Assembly: GCF_000150275.1 (NCBI RefSeq)
Contig: NW_002060949.1
Coordinates: 271,861 to 335,860 of the forward strand
DNA: 64,000 bases
Direction of reading: 5' to 3'
Source: Trichoplax adhaerens
Lineage: Eukaryota > Animalia > Placozoa
The notes under the pieces were generated by a model that saw only the letters and a list, made by a program, of their open reading frames with translations, did not search any database and was not told where the DNA came from. The position numbers and the translations under genes were made by a program. Positions 54,380-64,000 of this stretch are shown here, piece by piece (the first letter of the stretch is position 1; every line of letters starts with the position of its first letter).

Positions 54380-55744
54380 ATGAAAAAGATCTTACAAGTT
54401 TTGTTGACAGTTACTTCCTTTTGTGGCCTAATTATTACCCTATATTTATCAAGAAATTTTATGCCTTTGTTGTCAGCACTCAAGATACAATCGACATATT
54501 TTAATGATAGCTTCGATGATTTGCCTAAACCACTTATTGTAAATTTCTCGGACAGCTTTATGATTCAAAAACAATCACCTGGCTGCTTACAGAAATTTGA
54601 CCCTTATATCGGATACTACTCTAGATTTGGAACAAATAATTATTATGGTTCGGTTTTTAAGAATAAGCCACGCTGTGATAAGATTATTGGTAACGATAAT
54701 CATAATATCAAACATGTCACTGATAAATTGAAAAACTCTGGAAAGCGAAGTACAATTTCAGATCAAAGACTCGCTGATTTTTCTAGCAATTGTTCTAACT
54801 TTACGCCCTATTTTCCTGTACTTCCATTTTCTAAAGCAGAACTAGAGTATCCAATTGCTTACATTTTAACTGCACACCGCGATGCTGAACAAGTATTAAG
54901 ATTACTACAAGCTATTTACGTTCCGCAGAATATTTATTGTATTCATGCAGATAGTAAATCTTCCCTAGCCTTTCATAACGTATTACGCAACTTTGCTAAA
55001 TGCTTTGATAACGTTTTTCTTACGAAATCTATTTCTGTAGTGTATGCTTCATATAGCAGACTAGAAGCGGATTTATTGTGCATGAACGATTTACTGCATT
55101 CAAAGAAGCCATGGAAATACGTTATCAATTTGTGTGGTCAAGATTTTCCTCTAAAGACAAATCGAGAAATAGTAACGTATTTAAAATCGCTGCATGGTAA
55201 GAATGATGTCGAGACTTATCTTGCTCCTCATTTAAAATGGCGTTGGCAGAAGGTATATAAAACGATAAACGATCAACTAATCAATACAGCTAAAGATAAA
55301 GAAAGCCTAACGGGAATCGAATTATTTAAAGGTAGTGCTTACTATGCTTTAACGTATGAATTCTGTCGCTTCGTGTTTACCAATCCGGACGCTATTAGAT
55401 TGCGTAATTGGCTTAAAACCACTTACAGCCCAGATGAAAATTTTTGGGCAACTCTTCAGCGTCATCGGGATGCACCTGGACGTTACGATAATACTCAGAG
55501 AAATAAAAGATATAATATGAAAATAAAGTTAGCACGCTGGGGCGGAGAATCATGCAAGGGTTTCTTTCTCAGAGGAGTTTGCGTATTTGGCACGGGTGAT
55601 TTACCATCTTTGGTTAAAGAAGAGTATATGTTTGCTAATAAATTTATATTGACGTACGATCATATTACTGTTGATTGTCTCACTTCTTATCGATATAGTA
55701 AAATGGTGATGGACTACGGTAATTATTCATTTTGCGCAACGTGA
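54380..55744 (+). CDS. Core-2/I-branching beta-1,6-N-acetylglucosaminyltransferase (GT14, GCNT1/3/4-like), intronless, 454 aa
   Basis: Single ORF. ATG at 54380 is followed by a type-II signal anchor (MKKILQVLLTVTSFCGLIITLYLS). GT14 motifs: EYPIAYILTAH, RLLQAIYVPQNIYCIHADSKS, WKYVINLCGQDFPLKTN, FKGSAY, TYSPDENFWATL, RGVCVFGTGDL, FANKF. The exact GCNT ortholog cannot be assigned by eye. Confidence 0.93.
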   Translation: MKKILQVLLTVTSFCGLIITLYLSRNFMPLLSALKIQSTYFNDSFDDLPKPLIVNFSDSFMIQKQSPGCLQKFDPYIGYYSRFGTNNYYGSVFKNKPRCDKIIGNDNHNIKHVTDKLKNSGKRSTISDQRLADFSSNCSNFTPYFPVLPFSKAELEYPIAYILTAHRDAEQVLRLLQAIYVPQNIYCIHADSKSSLAFHNVLRNFAKCFDNVFLTKSISVVYASYSRLEADLLCMNDLLHSKKPWKYVINLCGQDFPLKTNREIVTYLKSLHGKNDVETYLAPHLKWRWQKVYKTINDQLINTAKDKESLTGIELFKGSAYYALTYEFCRFVFTNPDAIRLRNWLKTTYSPDENFWATLQRHRDAPGRYDNTQRNKRYNMKIKLARWGGESCKGFFLRGVCVFGTGDLPSLVKEEYMFANKFILTYDHITVDCLTSYRYSKMVMDYGNYSFCAT

Positions 55745-56964
55745 ATTAGTACATACCTATTAAAGTAAAGCGTAAACTTTAGAATATGATCATTGCATTA
55801 TTGCATATTTGATAAATCAAATTCTATTCGTTAAAAATATTGGTAGTTATCGTACTTTTTTAGCTGAGAGTTTAGACCGAATGGTGAACAGGCGTATGTC
55901 AGGGACAAAGCTATGATTTACGAAATTTAATTTATATCATATTATTCATTCTATGATTTCTTCGAAATCCCATAGCATTACAGTATGTAAGTGAAACAGA
56001 TATCATATTTTATTATGATTACATGAATAAATATAATGTGAAATGCCTTCTATAGCATTGTATACGTATTTTCAAGTTAAACACCACCGTTAATTGAATT
56101 TGGAATGTACTTCAACTTTAAAGATTATTTTAAGTTTCACAGCTTTTCGATATTTTTAGGCGCTTTCTATATTGTTAGAATGCAGTGTATCCGAGTGGTA
56201 GACACAAGTCAGCTTGCACGAAATTTATAGTAAAACTTGATACATTCGTTACCTACTTAGTAATTCCGTATAATGTAACATACTGTATAATATACAATAT
56301 TTTACAGTACTGTACATGCAATGCCGTATAGGCAATCCTTGCATTGAAGATAGTGTTAGCTAGTATACTTCAAACGGTATAACTACCAGTCCGCTGCAAT
56401 AGTTTGCCGCTTTACTTGCACTGTGCTTAGTGGAAATCATTATAAAAAGATAAAAACAGTGGCAATATAGAAGATTCCCCTTGTAAAACCGCTTAATTGT
56501 ATAGATCAGTGACCGTAGTTATCTTCCATACAAATATAGAGTAGAGAGACTATGTAGGGTGTATATCACTAATTTTTGCACCGAAATAATTATAGTTAGT
56601 TTATACCATTCAAACTACTCTGTCCATTTTTTTCTATTTATCTACTTTACCAACATACCAATATCGTAATTACGATAATCATTAATTAATTAATTAATTA
56701 TTGTAACGTAGTGCGGTACACATCAGACATATGATCATTCATTATTTACTGGAGACTGGACTCATTAACAATTACAGTACATACGCCCTAAGAATTTTTT
56801 ACATCACAGCACACGCCCTAACCATTTGTGCTAGAATTGTTGCTCATAAAGAACAGAGCAAGGCAGTGTTGTTGCAGTGTGCAGTAACTACGCTGTAGTG
56901 CTGTACCGTACCATATTTATTTAGTTTTGTTTTATTTGTAACTTTCTAGCACGTTGTTTGCATA

Positions 56965-57275
56965 GTGCTGTACTGTACTCTGTATACTGTACAGTGTACA
57001 GTACTATCCCTCACAGTACTGTATCTTTCTCTCATTCGAATTACTGAGTACAGTACAGTAGGATGTCTATTATTCAAGTATTAATGGCTAAATTTAGCCT
57101 GCTGTGACTGCGAGTTGTTGACAAGTACAGTACGCCGCCGCGTACTGTACAGTATGTTGTAGCCTTGCACTGTATGGTACTGTACTGTACACTGTACAGT
57201 GTACAATCGTTGAGATACAGTACATCCAGTATCGAATGACCTAATACAGTAGCGAATTCATACTGTACTGCACTG
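56965..57275. repeat. Second dense cluster of TACAG/TACTG palindromic repeat
   Basis: gtgctgtactgtactctgtatactgtacagtgtacagtact (~56966) and gtactgtactgtacactgtacagtgtaca (~57177). Confidence 0.75.
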
Positions 57276-60227
57276 GACATGGATTCAAAATGCTGTCCTT
57301 ACTACTATTTTAGTCCAAACTAGGCGTAAATGGATATGAAACTTGGTACAGTAAATTAAGTTGCTCTATTTAGCTAATAACCCTATTGTTACTTTACATT
57401 GTTACTTGTGCAGCATTCTAAATTGGTGTATTATAGAATTATCTCTCATACTTCAGGAAGAATAAATGTTGACCGCAGAAATATCAAGTTTGTAGTAAAT
57501 TCTGTATTGAATGCTTAGTTAAAGCTTCAGTTGAAGAGCCGCCTTAACTTAAAGGGAAGGAATGGGCATCTTAAAATCCTTGGTTTGCCTGGTGATATTA
57601 ACTTTTTGGGCGTCGTCGGAAGGTAGAGCGCTTTATTCTTGAGTTCTTCACGTTAGCGTAGCGTTCTTGTACACATATAAACTAAGCCATGTTGACAACA
57701 TTCTTATGCTTTCCAATTTGTTTACTATGAAGTCAAAACTCCTTTGGATATAGAGTACTTCATTATGCTTTGAGAAATTTTATTTTCTGCGCCGTAGTTT
57801 AAAGAGAAGTTCGGTCATTCATGATTCAAGCTGAGGGCTACGAGTATTTGCATATTCTAGAGTATTGTCAGACGAGTACTGTTCAGTACAGTTTAGGCGC
57901 AATTGACTAATTTACTGGATGCCTTCTTGTAATTACTTGTTAGCTTCTTGAATCTTGCTTGGCTTCCTAGATCGAGTCACTTGGATGTGACTTATTACAG
58001 TACTCTATACAGTAATTATAATCCAATCAGTATGTGTTGGTTTAGAATTATACAGTACAATTACGCGTATATTAGTAGAGCCATGATTGCTAGAATTTTC
58101 GATTTCTGAATTAAGTTAACAACGTGGGCAAGACTAATACTGTCCTTTCTGACATTGTGAATTCTAAACGAGAAATCAGTAGTAATGACATAAAGTGATC
58201 AGTTATACAGTGTAATTATCAATTAAGGATCAAAGTAGACTAGTTCTGAAAGTAAAGTTATGATTAATACGATTGGGTGGAATGAATTTCTTACCCGTTT
58301 CCATCAAATAGATCTAAAGGGAACTTTATGATTTATGATGATGTTTTGCTTACTTGGACGGTATATCGTAACTTACGAATTGTGAAATGTAATCAAAGAT
58401 ATTGCATAAGGTCGAACTGCAGCTATCAACGTACAGTACAGTATATGTTATAACTTTAAATAAAGTAAATATATTTTTTAATCCATTTAGGATACATTAC
58501 CTGTAAAGATAACTAAAACTACAAATGCAATACTGCAATTTACACTACTGTACTTCAAATTCAAATAACATATTACATCTTCATCATTGGTGCTACAATT
58601 AAACAACATAAATATTGTGTCCATTACTGTGATTCTATCATAGAGTTCAATACCGCTGTATGTTACATCACAATGTTGTTATGCAAGCTCTATAGCAATC
58701 TTGCAAAGTAGTACTAATCAGTAATTATTTAAAGGAATATCTCATTTTATCCATGCATACGTGATAGACAATTCATATGTTGCCACTAGTCTGTCTTGCG
58801 ATTAATATTAGAAAGTTACGGTAACGCGGTAGCAGGACTTTCGGTTTTCATATAGAGTAGTTAGTTCTTATGGTCGAACTGTCGAGGCTAATAATGATAT
58901 ACAATATGTGATGTGACTTCTATTAAAGATAGACTATTATCCGAAATTCGTGATTAGCAGCATCTTAGGCTAGCTTTAAAGTATTATATTCCTAGAATCT
59001 AGTACGTCTAAGTTGATTATTTTTTTTATAGTAAAAGACGATGTTGATTGTAGAAGTGTAGTTGAAAAGTGCTGCATATAAAGCATGATCATAAATTATC
59101 TATTCATGTATTACGGATAGAAAATGATTGACGAATTTTACTTCTCCATAATCTCTAAATGATGTCATAATTAGATTGTAGATTATGCTGTGCTGTATGT
59201 AACAGAATACTATACTGTACAGTATATTGAGTGCAGCTTATACCACCATACAGTATGAGCATATTATGATAGAACGTAGCAAAGATTAAACGAAATTAAT
59301 AATATAATTTGATTTACGAGTATGTGAAATTTTTTGAGAAAATTACATATTATTTATAGAAGTTCCTCTCACATCTTCAGTCTTAAGCGTAATAGGAAGT
59401 TGGCCTGCACCCATAATACTATATATAACTGGAGTGATTAGATTGCGACGCGACCTAGTAGTGCAACGTACTTCAATCTTCGACGGTATGCGTCGATGTG
59501 CATTGCTGCAGCTTGTACATTTACGTACTTGTTTCATCCACTTACCTTGTACAGTTGTCAAAAGAGCTATTACTGCCATCAAATACACGTCGTACCGATA
59601 TGCCGTAAAGTACGCTTTTATTTAGAACAATGTATTAGAAAATACTGAAATATCTTGTAATTAAAGTGCCATAATATCTTCAAATACCGTGTATTGCGAC
59701 TTCCTAATTGCAGATAACAAAATAGGAAATTTATAATTTACTACATAATGCAGAATACTACACTATATTAAAGTTATTATATTTCTTTATAGCTACCCAG
59801 GATTTATTTGAATAGTTTAGCTACTGCAGCAATCAGTACTGACTCCTTTATTGAACTTAAGACGCTCTGCTTAAACCACAGTATTGTCCAACAATTGTTA
59901 TTCTTATAGCGCACTCCGAATACCACACATAGTTCCTATCGTCAAATTACATGTACTGATTCTTTAAAATCACTTAGGTGATATTATAAGTAATGTTATT
60001 CCTAAGGGGAATTATATGAATGATGGAACTATCTATTAGATATTTCCTAGTCTACAATAGCATCACATAGCTTGAATGTTGACGAATGGATATCATGAAT
60101 ATATATTTTAATGAAAGTGCTGCTGGTGAAATAAGACTTTCTAATAATGCAACATGCTGTAAATTCTTTTAGAATTCGTAGATAGCCGCTATTATTCGTG
60201 ATATGATTTATGTCTGTACTTTTATAG

Positions 60228-63200
60228 GCGCAAATGTTGTCGAAATATTATCGGACAAGAATGTAGTGCTTGAAAACGATTCTCTGAACTTTACATGCCA
60301 AACTATAGGAAATTCGTTATATAATTTTACTCTATACAAAGACGGTAACATATTCGAGGCTTCTTCGGAAAATATTACCGCTAATTATGTAGAATTCGTA
60401 ATAGAAAATATTACGCAGTCAGATATTGGCACTTATTCATGCGAAGTTTCAAGTAGAAACGGTTCCTACAGTAGCCGAAATATAACAATTACTCTTGGTG
60501 GTAAGAATATTTTGTTGCTATATATTATTAAATCTTGTGTTTAGTAATTGAATGTGTTTTACTATTCCGGTAGAATTAAAACCAGTAATTAAAAATTCGT
60601 TGGATTTATTAACACTACTATCATACAATAATCCTTTTACTCCACAGCGATACCATTAGTAACTCTGTCACCTCAAAGTAAAAACGTAAGTGAATTTCAG
60701 CAATTGGTACTACAATGCAATGGAAGCGGTAATCCTTCACCATCGTTTACGTGGTTCAAAGATGATGTCGAGATAGACAATCTTACATACAGTATTACAA
60801 GCAGTATGGACGGGAGCAGTATTCTAAATGGGACTGCGTCAGGCAACTCAGCGGGAAATTACTATTGCGAATTATGGAATCAGTTTTCTAGAGTGAACAG
60901 TTCTTCTGCTTCTGTAATTATATATAGTAAGTTGAATTATGGTTTCTTTGATTAGGTTACATTGGACGCTTATTGCGCTGCTTTTGAAACGAAATATCTT
61001 TATTTTTGATTCTAGCGTTGCCTTACTTTACTGTTAAGCCGCTTAATAAAACTATCAAGATTGGCGATAGTGTATCTTTTGAGTGTAATGCAAGCAGCAT
61101 TCCACTACCAAATATTAACTGGTATAGAAACGGTAATCTATTGAACAGTAGTAGCTATAATATTACGTCAGGACTAGGGTATAGTCTTCTAACCATTAAT
61201 AATGTGGAAAATGGTCACAATGGAAGTTACCGATGTGAGGCCTATAACAGCTTTGATTCTGCTTTAAGAAAGGATGCTAATACGTCGCTGATTGTACTAG
61301 GTAATATGTTTAACAATTGTTATAATAAGGAGAGCATTCAATAAGTGCACAGTATTTAACTCACCTGCTCGTCTAAAGGGAATATGGGGTTATTAATAAA
61401 CTTCGGCATAATTATATATATATATAAAAGGCTATATGAAATGTTGTTTACTAAACGACCTACGGTATGTAATTTATCGTAGCACCTCCCGGACAGATAC
61501 CAGAGATTAAGATCATCGCGTCATCTAAATCTTTTGATATTGCTTGGGCTCCGCCACTATTCTTGGGCAATTTGTTTGTATCAAATTATACAATTAAAAT
61601 TTCGCAATTAACCAATCAGAACTATACTTCACCTAATTGTAATGGAAGCCTGCAGTCTGGTGAATGCATAGTTAACAAAACGATGGCCACGATCATGGAT
61701 TTACATCCAGCCTTAAAATATTATGTTCGCATAGTCGCTAGTAATGCGGTAGGATCTAGTATCCCGAAAGAAATCTCAGCTTATACGGATGAAGCAGGTG
61801 ATACCACATTGCATTAATATAATGATTACCAGATTTATTACGCTGAAGCTAATAACTTGTGATATGTGTTGCTTTATTAGCACCCGGCAAGATAGCCATA
61901 ATATCTGCTATGGTGCTCAGTGCAACTGGTATTAATATTTCATGGGGGCAGCCTTTGCCATTGAATGGGATTGTTAGGTATAGATTGCAAAGAACACTAG
62001 CAAATGAAAGCAATTGGCAGTTAATTTTTGATGGCAATGAAACAAGAGAGTTTAACGATATGGGACTGCATCCTTATACGGTATATTCATATCGTGTTAT
62101 GGCATATAATTTAAAATACGGATTGAATGGATCAGAAAGCGAATCTATTAACGAAACAACAAAACAATCTGGTATGATATGATATAAATTGATAAACTAT
62201 ACAGCAATAATGATGGTGGGTACATGTAGGAGTATATGTACGAGCTTATGTTTAGTGTATATAAATGATTAATATTATATGTATGGAACTTACATATATG
62301 AATTGCAATCTTCTGAATATGTACGTATAAATAAGTACTTATAAGTAATACTTATGACTATTATACGTATTTAGCTCCAAGTGCACCGCCACAAGAAGTA
62401 AAAGTATCAACAACAAATTCGACTAGTCTAAATGTAGTATGGCGATCACCACCTGATGGTAACAAGAACGGCATTATTACAGAGTATCTGATTCAATATA
62501 AATCGGTATCAGAAGCATCATATAAAAATGTCAGTGTCGAGGGTAATATATTCAGTGTTGACCTTGTAAGTTTACAAATTTTCACCAACTATACGATAAC
62601 GGTAGCTGCCAGAACTCAGGTTGGCCTAGGACCTAATAGTCCTAGTATAACAAGACGAACAGACGAAGACGGTTAGTTAAGTATATGAATTTACACTAAA
62701 ACATGCTTACACTGTAATAAATTTATATTAATTATATTCTACATTATGTTATAAATATAGTATTCAAAGTAGTAACATTTAAATACTGTAGTTAAATATA
62801 ATTAAATAGATAGAAGAAGGTAATGTAAAATTATTTACAGTACACATATTACGGAAACAAGATAAATATACTGTACTAAATGTACTGTATATTACAATAC
62901 AATTATTAGCTGATATTTTATATATATACTGTAGTAATAAATAAATTCAATTATTTTATAGTAAGGAAATCAAATAGAGTATTAGATACGTTAATACGTG
63001 ATATTAAACGTTTATAAAGAGAATCATGTTTATTTATTTCAGTTCCTAGTATCGTTATGGATGTATCTGTAACGGTGATCAACTCGACTTCTATTAATAT
63101 TACATGGGGCGCACCATTAAAGCTAAACGGATACGTAGGATATAAATTAGAAAGGACATTAGCAAATGAAAGTCAATGGGAATTAATCTTCGACAGTACA

Positions 63201-64000
63201 ACAAGGGGATTTACTGATACAGGATTACATCCATATACAGTATATTCATACCGTGTTCTCGCATATAACTTAAAATACAACTTAAACAGCTCAGAAAGTC
63301 AAGAAGTTAACGGAACGACAGAACAATCTGGTATAGTATACAAATATAAAGCAATATAGTCTTTATTTACTTATTTAATTAATTAGTTAATAAATCAAGG
63401 ATATTATTTATGTAGCTATATACTATATTGTATAAATATGTATAGATATATGTGTAATATACATATATATATAAAATTATACTGCACATATAATACGATG
63501 GGAATTATTAATTATCATATATGCGTATTATATAATACACTTAGTTCCAAGTGCAGCACCACAAGAAGTAAAAGTATCAACAACAAATTCGACTAGTCTA
63601 AATGTAGTATGGCGATCACCACCTGATGGTAACAAGAACGGCATTATTACAGAGTATCTGATTCAATATAAATCGGTATCAGAAGTATCATATAAAAATG
63701 TCAGTGTCGAGGGTAATATATTCAGTGTTGACCTTGTAAGTTTACAAATTTTCACCAACTATACGATAACGGTAGCTGCCAGAACTCAGGTTGGCCTAGG
63801 ACCTAATAGTCCTAGTATAACAAGACGAACAGACGAAGACGGTTAGTTAAGTATATGAATTTACACTAAAACACGCTTACACTGTAATAAATTTATATTA
63901 ATTATATTCTACATTATGTTATAAATATAGTATTCAAAGTAGTAACATTTAAATACTGTAGTTAAATATAATTAAATAGATAGAAGAAGGTAATGTAAAA
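60228..64000 (+). CDS. Ig x3 + tandem FN3 cell-surface protein (partial; 5' end not identified, continues past window end)
   Basis: Phase-1 exons 60228-60500, 60648-60926, 61016-61300 (Ig, with C...W...Y-x-C) and 61483-61797, 61881-62171, 62375-62671, 63043-63330, 63545-63841 (FN3 with W..P..NG.I..Y and L.PYT.Y...V.A). Many N-x-S/T sequons. Confidence 0.85.
62371..64000 (+). repeat. Direct duplication with 1,170-bp period (FN3 exon plus downstream intron)
   Basis: 62371-62830 versus 63541-64000 differ at 5 of 460 positions by manual comparison, and this span includes ~160 nt of intron. The alternate FN3 exons (61881-62171 vs 63043-63330) are also paralogous but clearly more diverged. Confidence 0.95.

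Noticed and set aside
49478-57275. CRISPR-like array
   Set aside because: No constant repeat with unique spacers, no cas genes, and the context is eukaryotic.
57450-57990. Slightly GC-richer stretch that might be a decayed coding or transposon relic
   Set aside because: Frames examined contain multiple stops and no recognisable motif; BLASTX would be needed.
59343-59625. Overlapping opposite-strand ORFs as a small gene or as 5' exons of the Ig/FN3 gene
   Set aside because: Several splice-compatible readings exist, but none gives a recognisable domain or clear signal peptide.

Overview
AT-rich eukaryotic DNA with mostly short GT-AG introns. Composition, intron size and gene content fit an early-branching animal such as a placozoan (inference, not verified). 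Manual splicing gives six protein genes. (1) Minus strand, <1-10301: LAR/type-IIa RPTP-like receptor ectodomain (signal peptide, 3 Ig, at least 7 FN3, S/T linker) running off the left edge. (2) Minus strand, 11645-16732: an apparently complete ~879-aa tandem paralog. It keeps the same FN3 exon pattern, the LAR membrane-proximal domain and the TM helix, but has no Ig and no phosphatase domain; its ~207-aa tail carries Tyr motifs. (3) Plus strand, ~22014-44282: a ~3,000-aa type-I receptor with ~27 EGF, 15 SRCR, Ig, a MUC1-like SEA domain, TM and a short tail. (4) Minus strand, 44984-49390: CHERP. (5) Plus strand, 54380-55744: intronless GT14 core-2/I-branching GlcNAc-transferase. (6) Plus strand, 60228->64000: 3xIg + FN3-array protein with a nearly identical 1,170-bp repeat unit. 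The 49-59 kb intergenic DNA is rich in palindromic TACAG/TACTG arrays and holds a ~300-bp foldback/MITE-like element and two hairpin-rich islands. No tRNA, rRNA or CRISPR was recognised. All gene models are hand-spliced without transcript evidence.
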